Source: an uncultured Methanosarcinales archaeon (lineage in GTDB: Archaea; Nanobdellota; Nanobdellia; Woesearchaeales; JACPBV01). From it: a stretch of DNA of 46,406 bases. The position numbers and the translations under genes are program-made. The notes beneath the pieces are model-generated. The model had not been told where the DNA came from. It saw only the letters and a list, made by a program, of their open reading frames with translations, and did not search any database. The stretch spans positions 62,001 to 108,406 of the forward strand of contig CAZNZT010000002.1 in assembly GCA_964577685.1 (NCBI GenBank), written 5' to 3'. Shown here piece after piece: positions 9,933-19,176 of the stretch. The stretch's first letter is position 1, and each line of letters opens with the position of its first letter.

Positions 9933-10055
9933 TATTCCCAAGGTATTCCTAATATATTCCCAAGATTATCCCAAAACATTCCCAAAAAACAAACTTTTAT
10001 CGTCTAAAAAATATTCCCAAATTAGTACCAATATATTCCCAAAACATTCCCAAAA
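9933..10055 (+). repeat. Nine phased 11-bp direct repeats, consensus YATTCCCAANN (5 copies 9933-9987, 4 copies 10012-10055); iteron/centromere-like
   Basis: TATTCCCAAGG TATTCCTAATA TATTCCCAAGA TTATCCCAAAA CATTCCCAAAA, 24-nt gap, TATTCCCAAAT TAGTACCAATA TATTCCCAAAA CATTCCCAAAA. Confidence 0.92.
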
Positions 10056-10060
10056 AACGA

Positions 10061-10072
10061 TATATTTATATA
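10061..10072 (+). promoter_or_regulatory. TATA box for the gene at 10097
   Basis: TATATTTATATA about 25 nt upstream of ATG 10097, directly after the repeat array. Confidence 0.65.
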
Positions 10073-10096
10073 CTTTCATTATCATTACCTTAAAAC

Positions 10097-10894
10097 ATGG
10101 GGCTCTTCAACAAAACAAAAAAAATTGAATCAGCAATATCTAAACTTCATAACCTGCTAACCCATTCCTTCAGAAATGTTCAGAAGGACACATCTACCAT
10201 ATTTCAATGGTTGAATTATCTCTACCAAAAAACCATACAACAGGAGAAACTAATAATTGAGTTACAAAAGAAACTTAACTCTTATCCAACCACAAAAGAG
10301 GAAATAAGAAAGATAGTGGATGATTTTTACTCCTACGACAACATCCTTGCAAGGATTAGGGATATAGAAAAAAGGATGGACAACCTTCAAAGAAATAATT
10401 ACAACAACCTAGAAGGACTAAGAAAGTTACATCAGGACTCTATTCATGAACTCCAAAAGAGCACTGATGGGCTGCGTGAGGATATGATAGCCCTCCAAAA
10501 GAAATACCATGAGTTAGGCTTAAAGATCTCAGCCTTAAAACAACAAATCTTGTCAAAGCAGAAAGCCCAGCCTACCTCTCCTATTATCTCAGAGTTAACC
10601 AAAAGAATTGAGAAACTAGAGGCAAGAAAGGCTTCATTGAGGGAGAGGATAATCAGGAAGATAACTAAAAACTCCAGGGATTACATTAAAAGCATAATCA
10701 TTTCCTACATAGAGAAATATGGTAAAATATCTGCCTTGCAGTTAAAGGAGATGGTGGTAGAAGAACAAGGATTATGCTCAAAATCATCATTTTATCGTCT
10801 ATTGGAAGAGATAGAAGATAACCCCGACATAGGTGTAATAAGAAAAGGAAAGGAAAAGCACTATATAGTAAAAATCAGGAAAAGGAACTATTGA
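10097..10894 (+). CDS. Coiled-coil protein with C-terminal winged-helix-like domain
   Basis: Long heptad-rich middle; C-terminal ISALQLKEMVVEEQGLCSKSSFYRLLEEIE...GVIRKGKEKHY resembles wHTH. Confidence 0.75.
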   Translation: MGLFNKTKKIESAISKLHNLLTHSFRNVQKDTSTIFQWLNYLYQKTIQQEKLIIELQKKLNSYPTTKEEIRKIVDDFYSYDNILARIRDIEKRMDNLQRNNYNNLEGLRKLHQDSIHELQKSTDGLREDMIALQKKYHELGLKISALKQQILSKQKAQPTSPIISELTKRIEKLEARKASLRERIIRKITKNSRDYIKSIIISYIEKYGKISALQLKEMVVEEQGLCSKSSFYRLLEEIEDNPDIGVIRKGKEKHYIVKIRKRNY

Positions 10895-10967
10895 GTATTG
10901 AAAATTATTATCTATCATACATTTTCAAAAACAATAATGTATTTAAATCAAACATTAACTAATATTT

Positions 10968-11528
10968 TTGGGGGTGATTCAGGTGTTCTTCAAGGACACT
11001 GGTAAGAGACAACTCTATACCGAAATTTTTAAAGAAACAAACAAACAACTTCATCAAGCCTTTTCACAAATCAAAGAGGAATTTGATGACCATTTAACAT
11101 CAATAAACCAGAATACAAATGAAATACAATCAAATTACGAGCTTATCCTCGTTCTTGAACAGAAAATAAATAAACTAGCTGAGAGAATTGATAAAATACA
11201 ACTTTTTCTTCAGAAATTTGGGCTACCACTTGAAGAAAAACAGACCTTTAAGCCAGTAAACCTAAGCAAAAGGGAGCAAGAAGTATTCTTGGTGATATAC
11301 ACAAAAGAAGAGCTAAAAGGCACAGTAACCTATCTAGACATTGCTAGATACACAGGCCTAACAGAAGACCTAGTAGCAAGTTATGTATCCAACATGATAA
11401 GAAAGGGAGTACCCATAATAAAGAAGTATATAAACAACCAAGTACACCTGAGTTTAGATCCTAGGTTTAAGGCTGTCCAAGCAAAAGAGAATATCCTGCA
11501 ACTAGAACAAAAAACACTTTTTCTTTAG
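10968..11528 (+). CDS. Coiled-coil protein with C-terminal winged-helix domain (start may be GTG 10983)
   Basis: LSKREQEVFLVIY...VTYLDIARYTGLTEDLVASYVSNMIRKGVPI HTH; SD GGGGTGA before 10983. Confidence 0.8.
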   Translation: MGVIQVFFKDTGKRQLYTEIFKETNKQLHQAFSQIKEEFDDHLTSINQNTNEIQSNYELILVLEQKINKLAERIDKIQLFLQKFGLPLEEKQTFKPVNLSKREQEVFLVIYTKEELKGTVTYLDIARYTGLTEDLVASYVSNMIRKGVPIIKKYINNQVHLSLDPRFKAVQAKENILQLEQKTLFL

Positions 11529-11787
11529 AGCAAATCTTAAAGCAAATCTTAAAGAATCCAATAAAAAACTTATAATCTTTGCTTAAAACTTTTATTCAAA
11601 AAAATTATAAAATATTTTAATCATTAATTAAAACTTTATATCATTTAATTTCAATATTGAAAGATATAAAACCTAAGCTCCTTTGATTTTAAACGCATAT
11701 AAAAATGCTCAAAAAAGGCAAAAAGCCCCACCCCTAAAGCACAAATTTTATATTCCAAAGCCAAATAAGATATGTCCCCACTAAAAA

Positions 11788-11815
11788 AAGTCGTATAATT
11801 AGCCTTATACGACAT
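11788..11815. other. dif-like Xer recombination site (11-6-11)
   Basis: AAGTCGTATAA TTAGCC TTATACGACAT: 9-bp perfect inverted arms, TATAA-N6-TTATA core as in known dif sites; 74 nt upstream of the recombinase. Confidence 0.85.
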
Positions 11816-11889
11816 TTTAGAAAAATTTAAATAAAATAGCTATTAGTTTTAAATAAAAAGTAAAAATAACAAAGGTTAAGAATCAAAAA

Positions 11890-12720
11890 ATGGAGGCAGA
11901 AAACCACTTCAAGGAGCTTGAAACAGAATTAAAGCTAAGGGGCTATACAGAGCAAACAATAAGAAGCTATCTTTACGAAAATAGAAGGTTCATTGAATTC
12001 TTGGGCACTGACATAAGCCCCGAGAATGTATCTGAAAAACATATCAGGAGCTACCTTGCTTACCTCGTTTCAGATAAGAAACTCAGGCCAGCCAGCATAA
12101 ACCTTGTAATTTCTGCATTAAAGTTCTTTTATTCTGAGGTTCTGAAAAAGGATATTAACATTAAGAGGCAAAAAAGCGAGAAGAAGCTTCCAGTTGTCTT
12201 GTCAAAGGACGAAATAAAGCTTATGATTGAAAAAACAAAAAACAAAAAACACAAGCTGCTAATAGAACTCTTATATGGCACTGGTCTGAGGGTTTCTGAG
12301 GCAGTAAACCTGAAGATTGAAGACCTAAACCTTGATGAGCCATTAAACATAATCCGTGGAGGAAAGGGCAAGAAGGATAGGCAGATTATACTTCCCTTAA
12401 GGCTAAGAAGAAAGCTAAAATCCTATCTAAAAAGAAGGAGAGACAATAACCCCTATCTTTTTCATTATAGGGACAGCCATATAAGCACTAGACAGGCCCA
12501 AAGGATAGTAAAGAATGCGGCTATAAGGGCAGGCATAAGAAAAAGAGTATTCTGTCATGCTTTAAGGTCTAGCTTTGCAACTCATCTCTTAAACTCTGGT
12601 GTTGATATTAGGGCAATACAAGTTCTATTAGGGCATAAAAGGCTTTCCACAACACAGATATACACTGCTGTTTCTGATGAGCTTTTAAGGCACATAAAAA
12701 GCCCTTTGGATAAGTTATAA
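11890..12720 (+). CDS. xerA: XerA-like tyrosine recombinase
   Basis: N-terminal SAM-like domain; catalytic R (GLRVSE), K (KGKKDR), HxxR (HALR), H (LGH), Y (TTQIYT) intact; no IntI-specific insertion. Confidence 0.85.
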   Translation: MEAENHFKELETELKLRGYTEQTIRSYLYENRRFIEFLGTDISPENVSEKHIRSYLAYLVSDKKLRPASINLVISALKFFYSEVLKKDINIKRQKSEKKLPVVLSKDEIKLMIEKTKNKKHKLLIELLYGTGLRVSEAVNLKIEDLNLDEPLNIIRGGKGKKDRQIILPLRLRRKLKSYLKRRRDNNPYLFHYRDSHISTRQAQRIVKNAAIRAGIRKRVFCHALRSSFATHLLNSGVDIRAIQVLLGHKRLSTTQIYTAVSDELLRHIKSPLDKL

Positions 12721-12837
12721 TAACTTATAAGTTGACAATAGGCTTTCACAGTAGGCGGTTATGTATTCTGTGGTTTTCATGTATTTCCACAAGAAATATT
12801 AAAAGAAAAAATTTAAAAATTTTTTCTAATATTCTTC

Positions 12838-13044
12838 TCACTTTAGGCTTATAATTTTGAATAGTACATCTTCTATCCTTTCAATTCTCATCTCTAGCCT
12901 TTCAATGTCCTTCTCTAGTTTTCTTTCTTTTCCGTCTATAAAAATTATCCAATCATTGATGTTGTTCTTTAATTTGTTCATATCTTCTTTAACCCTTCTA
13001 AAAGACCTTTTTACTTTCCATACGAAATTTAACATATTAATCAC
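12838..13044 (-). CDS. Small coiled-coil protein sharing an N-terminal motif with 10097 and 10968
   Basis: VKRSFRRVKED...W...LEKDIERLEMRIERIE heptads. Confidence 0.7.
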   Translation of the reverse strand: MINMLNFVWKVKRSFRRVKEDMNKLKNNINDWIIFIDGKERKLEKDIERLEMRIERIEDVLFKIISLK

Positions 13045-13564
13045 TTTAAAATAGGAATTATTTTCTTTTTAAAAATTTTTCTATTGTAATATATACTTTA
13101 AAAAGATTTCTTTCGTTTATATCTTTTATATTTATTATTTATTATAGTATATTTATAAAAACATAGTTTATAAAATATTTCACTAGATATATATAATTCA
13201 CTATTATTATCTATATTGAAAAAAAATTTTTGACATTTAAAAAAACCAAAAAAGTGAGAGTTCCTACTAGCCATGCAGCTGTATAGGTCCTGAGTGTACT
13301 TTGCCTTTAAATGAGTCTAATTCTCAAGAAGTCTAAACAAACCTCTACTGGTATAGAAAAAAACTGCTTTTAGGCACCATTAATTTAATCTTGAGATTTT
13401 ACTTTAAATCAAACAGAAACCAAAAATTTTTGTTTTTTGTGGATTATGAAAGAACATTTTTAGGTTCTAATCTTCAATTGCAAAAGTGAGTCTTTATTGC
13501 TAAAAATGCAACTCCCTTAAAAAATAATAAAACTTTATATATTTCCTCTCCTTTTTATGGTAGT

Positions 13565-13837
13565 ATGGACTATCCAAAGGATGTTATGACAAAGAATAAT
13601 GAGGTTAGGATTCTTGAGGAAACTGGGAGCTATGTGAAATATACATATGTAGATTCAAAAACAGGAAAACAAATAAAACCTGGAAAGTATAGCCTTCTTT
13701 TAAAGAACAAAGACACAACAAGGCACATGTTCATTGTTCCCCTTAAGGATGGAAGGTCTATGGTTGTAAAGGATGAAATAGACAATAAAAAAAGAAAAAT
13801 CTGGGATAAAAAGAATAAAAAAGCAATAGAGCTTTAA
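13565..13837 (+). CDS. Hypothetical protein
   Basis: 90-aa ORF with TTTATATA box about 25 nt upstream. Confidence 0.65.
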   Translation: MDYPKDVMTKNNEVRILEETGSYVKYTYVDSKTGKQIKPGKYSLLLKNKDTTRHMFIVPLKDGRSMVVKDEIDNKKRKIWDKKNKKAIEL

Positions 13838-14541
13838 CCTACATAACTTAGCCTTTTTCTTTCTCCTATTTCTTTTACTTTCTCACTCTGGCTTAAGATA
13901 TTCCTTAGCTTGCTCTCAAACTTGCTTGCCTGTTGCAGTAAGGGTTTATAATCAACCTTCAACCCAAGATATTTATCTAGGGCTTCTATTATTCTTGCGG
14001 CTGCCTTGCTGTCCGGTAGGTTTGATGTAGCATCTGCAAAGAAGCATACTATTGGAATATCCTCTGCCTCAAGCAATAAGGCTCCTGTAACCCCCATTAT
14101 AATCCCTTCCTTTAATGGAGATGCTATATTTCCCAATATGCTTTTTTTCTTCTCATCATTTGTATAAAAGAATGTCTTTGGTGAGACCTTCAATCCAGTT
14201 GAACCAACACCTTCAAGGCTTATAATCATTTTTGCATCTAGCTGTTTTCCTAGGTCTAGTATTGCTTTTGCTAGTTTCCACTCAAAGCCAGAGGATGCTG
14301 TAATAGCATGTAATATTACTATGTTATATTCTTTGTTATAAAATAACCCTAGGGGTTCTACTAGCTTATTCTCATGTATTGCAACCATTGCTGGCATGTC
14401 CTCAAAAAGAATCTTCCCAATCTGCTCTGTTTTAAGATGGTCTATGAGAAATTCAGTTGCTATTGTCCCAACAAGTCCAAATCCAGGAAATCCTTCAATC
14501 AATATAGGATTTTTTGGTTTCTTCCATAGTTTTATTTTCAT
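13834..14541 (-). CDS. PAC2-family proteasome assembly chaperone-like protein
   Basis: IEGFPGFGLVGTIATEFLIDHL, GIIMGVTGALL, PDSKAAA motifs. Confidence 0.88.
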   Translation of the reverse strand: MKIKLWKKPKNPILIEGFPGFGLVGTIATEFLIDHLKTEQIGKILFEDMPAMVAIHENKLVEPLGLFYNKEYNIVILHAITASSGFEWKLAKAILDLGKQLDAKMIISLEGVGSTGLKVSPKTFFYTNDEKKKSILGNIASPLKEGIIMGVTGALLLEAEDIPIVCFFADATSNLPDSKAAARIIEALDKYLGLKVDYKPLLQQASKFESKLRNILSQSEKVKEIGERKRLSYVG

Positions 14542-14558
14542 ACCGAAACACCTCTTTT

Positions 14559-15563
14559 TTAAGCAGCTTTTTTCTTTTTCATTTCTTTAGCTACACCTCT
14601 ATTGATGAAGCCTTTCTTAAATTCATTGTCAAGTCTCATGTATTGTACTTCTATTTCCCTTCTTAATGAATTAAGTCTGTCTCTCACAAGACCATAATCT
14701 CTTGATAGGTTGCCTAATTTTGCGTCTCTTTTTAGGAGTGCTCCAATCTCATCTAGCCTTTCTTCTATCCTCTCTGCACATTGTACAACAAACATGAATA
14801 TATCTTCTAAGTCTCTTGCTTCTAGTATACAATGTTCCATTAATCGGTTTACCTCACTAATGTTTAGCTTTTTTTTTCTCCCTACAACCCTGCTAAAGTA
14901 CTTTAGCTTATTTCCAATTCTTCTTATTAGGCTGCCTACCTCTATGCCCTTCCTTCCTATCAATTCCCCTAATCTAAAATTAGACCTTATAATTATACTT
15001 TCTTTTATTATGTATGTGTTAAAGATTCTTCTTCTTTGTGCTTTAGCTTCAAGATAAATATCATGCAGTCTTTTATCTAAGTCTTCAATAATTGTTGTTA
15101 TCTTATGCAATAAAGCCAAGATCTCATTTTTTCTTTTTTCTTCTTCTATAGCTCTTGCCTCCTCTTTTTTCATTCTTTTCTGACTCCTTAGGGTTTGCTT
15201 CTTTTCCTTTAGCCCTCTTAAGCTGTCTTCTAGTCTTTTTATTTCTCTTTCGTATTTCCCTTTCTCTCTCCTTGCTCTTTCTATTATCCTCCTAGCAGCA
15301 TCCTCTACTCTTCTACTAAACCTAACAAGGCTTTTTTCTTCTCTGTATAATAAAGCACTGGCAGAGAAAATGATGTCATCAAGAAGAGCTATTGTTCTTG
15401 AAAGTTTATCTAGCAACAATCTTATTACTCTTTCGCTTTTTTGGTAACCCATTAATTGCTTTATCTCTAACTCTAGTCTTTTTATAGCTGCACTGTTCCT
15501 TATTATCTTTACGCACAACCCATGTGAAAAAGTCAACACCCATCTATATCTGAAAAATAGCAT
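14559..15563 (-). CDS. Hypothetical all-helical coiled-coil protein (start uncertain)
   Basis: 334-aa ORF, R/K/E-rich heptads. Confidence 0.65.
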   Translation of the reverse strand: MLFFRYRWVLTFSHGLCVKIIRNSAAIKRLELEIKQLMGYQKSERVIRLLLDKLSRTIALLDDIIFSASALLYREEKSLVRFSRRVEDAARRIIERARREKGKYEREIKRLEDSLRGLKEKKQTLRSQKRMKKEEARAIEEEKRKNEILALLHKITTIIEDLDKRLHDIYLEAKAQRRRIFNTYIIKESIIIRSNFRLGELIGRKGIEVGSLIRRIGNKLKYFSRVVGRKKKLNISEVNRLMEHCILEARDLEDIFMFVVQCAERIEERLDEIGALLKRDAKLGNLSRDYGLVRDRLNSLRREIEVQYMRLDNEFKKGFINRGVAKEMKKKKAA

Positions 15564-15603
15564 ATCTAAATCTTAATTTGTTTTCTATATAAATCTTTCT
15601 ACT

Positions 15604-15966
15604 CTACATCTCCATAGCGATTGTTGCAATCATTAAGAATAATCCTAATATTATGAATATTATATTGTACACTATTCCCCTTATTATGGTTACCTTTCCC
15701 AATACCTGTAGAATACCAGACACAGTAATAACAGCAGCAATGAAAAATGATACCCAACCAACAACATTGCTGTTTGTAATCTCAATAAATGAGTTTATTG
15801 CAAGGTAGAATCCTCCTATAACAACAATCCAGCTTAGCAGCCTAACAGGCAAACTGAAATTAAACCATTCTGGCCCTATACCATATTTGTTTAGCAAAGG
15901 TAATGCACCCAAGCAAAATATTACAAGCCCTACTAAACCACTTATCCAGTCTTTTGCCTCCATCAT
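15604..15966 (-). CDS. Hypothetical 4-TM membrane protein
   Basis: Four hydrophobic segments. Confidence 0.75.
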   Translation of the reverse strand: MMEAKDWISGLVGLVIFCLGALPLLNKYGIGPEWFNFSLPVRLLSWIVVIGGFYLAINSFIEITNSNVVGWVSFFIAAVITVSGILQVLGKVTIIRGIVYNIIFIILGLFLMIATIAMEM

Positions 15967-15975
15967 TTTTATGTT

Positions 15976-17004
15976 TTAGATGTTCCAGAGCTGTAAGAGG
16001 AATTTTTCCAAGTTTTTGAGGTCTTCTTCTGCCTTTTCTTTATCTTCCTCTAACTTTCTGATATATTCTATTGCCATTGACCTAGGAATCTCATAATTTC
16101 TTGCCCATGCTTCAGCAAGCTGTTCTTGAGTAAAAATGCTCTCTATAGCAACCTTTAATAGTATTAAATCAAATAAAAATATCTTATAGGAGTCTTTTAT
16201 GATATCAATCATGATTCTAAACAACTCTTTAAGCTCCTTAATTATCTTTCTTGTTCCTTCCCTTTCTTTTTTTACTTCTCCCTTTAGCTTTCCTAGCGCG
16301 TCTCTGCTTTTCCTTGTTCTATCATAGAGTCTTTTCAGTCCATCTAGGATTCCTCTAAAGTCTTCTTTTATCTTATTCTCCACCTTAGCTTCTAAACCTA
16401 AATTTTTTCTTAGCCTCCTTATAGCACCCCACCTCAGTTGCATCATTCTCCAGAATCCTTCTGCATCCCCTTTAAACATAAGGCTTACTGCTTTACCACC
16501 ACTCAACTCAGCAATAAGCCCAAACACTGCTTTTTGTTCGTTCTGTAACTCCTCATGGACTTCTTTTATTACCTCTCTTATCTTCTCTGCCACAAAATCA
16601 TCAGCATGTTTGTCTTCTCTTAGCAACTCAGAGAAGTCTCTTTCTAGTTTTGTTCCCCTAACCTCAGATAATATGGCTCTTTCTAGCTTCTCGGTTCCTC
16701 TGATGTTTTCATGTACAACTCTTGCTAAAACCCTCAGATGGAGCAAAGCCTTCCTTAGCAGTAGCAGGTCCCTGAAAGCTAACTTGTATGCATATCCTTC
16801 TGTTCTGTCTATATCTGAATCTATTGCATTCATGTCTTCTTGGATTTTTTCTATTCTATGCCTTTTTACATCTTCAGCTATTCTTTTAAGATTGGCTTCT
16901 AGCTGTCTTGCACTCTTTGAGACATGCTTCCAATCAAATACCATCATGTAGTATACACCAAGAACACTCACTTCCTTTTTGTGGAACATTCCCCCTACTC
17001 CCAT
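15976..17004 (-). CDS. Hypothetical all-helical coiled-coil protein
   Basis: 342-aa ORF with heptad pattern throughout. Confidence 0.7.
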   Translation of the reverse strand: MGVGGMFHKKEVSVLGVYYMMVFDWKHVSKSARQLEANLKRIAEDVKRHRIEKIQEDMNAIDSDIDRTEGYAYKLAFRDLLLLRKALLHLRVLARVVHENIRGTEKLERAILSEVRGTKLERDFSELLREDKHADDFVAEKIREVIKEVHEELQNEQKAVFGLIAELSGGKAVSLMFKGDAEGFWRMMQLRWGAIRRLRKNLGLEAKVENKIKEDFRGILDGLKRLYDRTRKSRDALGKLKGEVKKEREGTRKIIKELKELFRIMIDIIKDSYKIFLFDLILLKVAIESIFTQEQLAEAWARNYEIPRSMAIEYIRKLEEDKEKAEEDLKNLEKFLLQLWNI

Positions 17005-17247
17005 CTTACTTCACTTTTTAGTATTCCTAAATCAAATTATATAAACTTTGCGATTTTTAGACGCGCTCCATCCGACAAAATTTAAGTTTAATCAAAACCA
17101 GAATACATGGAATCCTAATCTTTTTAAAACCTCAGAACCTTAATTGGATGTGAAATAAATTGTCAACTACACGCAACCCCTACAATAAAAGACAAAACAA
17201 AAACAAAACAAAAGTTTTAAAAATATATTCCAATCCTCACTAAGAAA

Positions 17248-17772
17248 ATGGCAAGATTAAGGAAGTTTGTGGCTTATAGGAACATAGAAAGACCATATAC
17301 AAGAATCTCAAAATTCAAGACAAAGTCTTTCATTAAAACAACAAGAAACATAAAGATAGTTAGGTTTAATACTGGTAATCTAAAAAAGAGATTTCCTTAT
17401 TCATATCACTTAATCTCCAAACAATCATTGCAGATAAGGGATAATGCTTTAGAAAGTGCGAGGCAGGTTTGTAACAGGTTATTGGAAAAGAATCTAGGTA
17501 CCTCTGCTTATTGTATGCAGTTAAGAACCTATCCATTTCATATCTTAAGGGAAAATCCACTGGCATCAGGTGCAGGTGCAGATAGATTTTCAACTGGTAT
17601 GCAGAAAAGCTTTGGAAAGCCAATTGGCTCTGCGGCACAAATAAAAGAAGGACAAAAGCTTTTTACTGTTTCTGTAGAAAAACAAAATCTAAGTTTAGCA
17701 AAAGAGGCATTAAATAGAGCAAGGAAAAAGCTTCCTGGCTCTTATACGATTCAACTAACAGAGAACAAATAA
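17248..17772 (+). CDS. rpl10e: 50S ribosomal protein uL16 (L10e)
   Basis: QIRDNALESAR, YPFHILRENPLASGAGADR, GMQKSFGKP. Confidence 0.95.
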   Translation: MARLRKFVAYRNIERPYTRISKFKTKSFIKTTRNIKIVRFNTGNLKKRFPYSYHLISKQSLQIRDNALESARQVCNRLLEKNLGTSAYCMQLRTYPFHILRENPLASGAGADRFSTGMQKSFGKPIGSAAQIKEGQKLFTVSVEKQNLSLAKEALNRARKKLPGSYTIQLTENK

Positions 17773-17844
17773 CAAATAGAACTTAAGTAATTACTCAATA
17801 AAAATTAAAAAATTATTTAAAAATAAAGACATACACCAGAGAAT

Positions 17845-18930
17845 ATGGGCTATTTGTATGCAATAAACCTCATTGAAGACAAGACTTTGGGGATAATCAA
17901 GAACAAATATTTTCATTCTTTAATTGTACTTTTACTATTTTTTGTTTCTGCAAAAATAATCGTTCACCTAAGTGAGAGATGGATTCTAAGGTTGACTAAA
18001 AAAACAAAGACAGAACTTGATGATTTAATAGTAAAAAAGAGCAATAGGCCTGTATCTTTTTTAATCTTTCTGCTTGGTGTCAGATTTGCCTTAATTCCCT
18101 TGGACTTGAGTGATGGGGTTAAGAAGATTTCTAACGATGTAGTATCAACCCTGATAATAGGAGTATTGGTTTATCTTGTTATTGTTATTATTGATATAAT
18201 AGTTGATTCTTGGGCAAAAAATTTTGCAGCTAAAACAAAATCAAGGTTTGATGACAATCTCGTTAGTCTTGCTCATAAATTTACAAGAGTTACAGTTATT
18301 CTTGTAGGTCTTCTTTTCATACTAAATACTTGGGGTATACAGGTTGGACCTTTTTTAGCTAGTTTAGGTATAGCAGGAATAGCAGTAGCGTTGGGGCTTC
18401 AGAATACATTGGGCAATATCTTTGGTGGCATATCCCTTATAGTGGATAGGAGCATAAGGGTAGGTGATATCATAAAAATAGATGAAGATACCTCAGGGAC
18501 TGTTATAGATGTTGGTTTAAGAAGTACAAAGATTAGGACATGGGATAATGAGGTAATAGTAATTCCGAATGGTAAGCTTGCAGGTGAGAAGATTAAGAAC
18601 TATGTATTGCCTACACCTATGGCAAGGGTTGTTGTTCCATTTTCAGTAGCTTATGGCACAGATATTGATAAGGTAAAGAAAATAGTCATGAAAGAGATAA
18701 AAAAGCTTGACAACCTTGATGAAAACCATAAACCAATGGTTATGTTTATGGAAATGGGAGAAAGCTCACTCAACTTTAAGGCTTTTGTTTATCTGAAGTC
18801 ATACAAAGATAGATTCCACACTAAAGAAAAATTAAATTGTATGATTTATAATGCACTAAATAGAAATAAGATTAGCATACCCTTCCCACAGATGGATGTT
18901 TATATTAAAGAATATAAAAAAGGGAAATAG
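17845..18930 (+). CDS. Small-conductance mechanosensitive channel (MscS family)
   Basis: LASLGIAGIAVALGLQ, GDIIKI, GLRSTKIRT, IPN, IPFPQ. Confidence 0.93.
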   Translation: MGYLYAINLIEDKTLGIIKNKYFHSLIVLLLFFVSAKIIVHLSERWILRLTKKTKTELDDLIVKKSNRPVSFLIFLLGVRFALIPLDLSDGVKKISNDVVSTLIIGVLVYLVIVIIDIIVDSWAKNFAAKTKSRFDDNLVSLAHKFTRVTVILVGLLFILNTWGIQVGPFLASLGIAGIAVALGLQNTLGNIFGGISLIVDRSIRVGDIIKIDEDTSGTVIDVGLRSTKIRTWDNEVIVIPNGKLAGEKIKNYVLPTPMARVVVPFSVAYGTDIDKVKKIVMKEIKKLDNLDENHKPMVMFMEMGESSLNFKAFVYLKSYKDRFHTKEKLNCMIYNALNRNKISIPFPQMDVYIKEYKKGK

Positions 18931-19047
18931 TTATCCTCTGGTGTTTTTCTTTTAAAAAAATAAAAGAGTTTATAATCTTGGAAAGTCATCATTACAATGT
19001 GTAAGCAAAGAATTCTGCACTTTTAAAGATTCGGTAGTTTGGAGCTT

Positions 19048-19059
19048 TTATGACGCTTT
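19048..19059 (+). repeat. 12-bp direct repeat TTATGACGCTTT (second copy 21839-21850)
   Basis: Exact match; both copies are followed by AAAAT and then GTYATA, forming short imperfect palindromes. Confidence 0.6.
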
Positions 19060-19176
19060 CCGCAAAATAGTCATAGGGAATGAAAGTGAGCAAAAAAGGG
19101 AGATAAAATAGAGCGGAAAGAACAGAAAGCGACGGAAAATTGAAAATAGGCAATGTTGTAATAAATTAGTGGGTGC

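Noticed and set aside
9933..10055. CRISPR array
   Set aside because: Repeats are 11 bp and directly tandem with no unique spacers; no cas genes in the window.
11529..11552. Tandem 12-mer AGCAAATCTTAA x2
   Set aside because: Only two copies at a gene end; consistent with a slippage duplication.
11890..12720. Calling the recombinase an integron integrase (IntI)
   Set aside because: The segment between KDR and HALR is short, lacking the IntI-specific I2 insertion; a dif-like site is adjacent and the array is over 6 kb away.
12711..12733. Second dif site at the xerA stop (TAAGTTATAATAACTTATAAGTT)
   Set aside because: Overlapping AT-rich palindromes with only a 4-nt spacer between TATAA and TTATA; does not fit 11-6-11.
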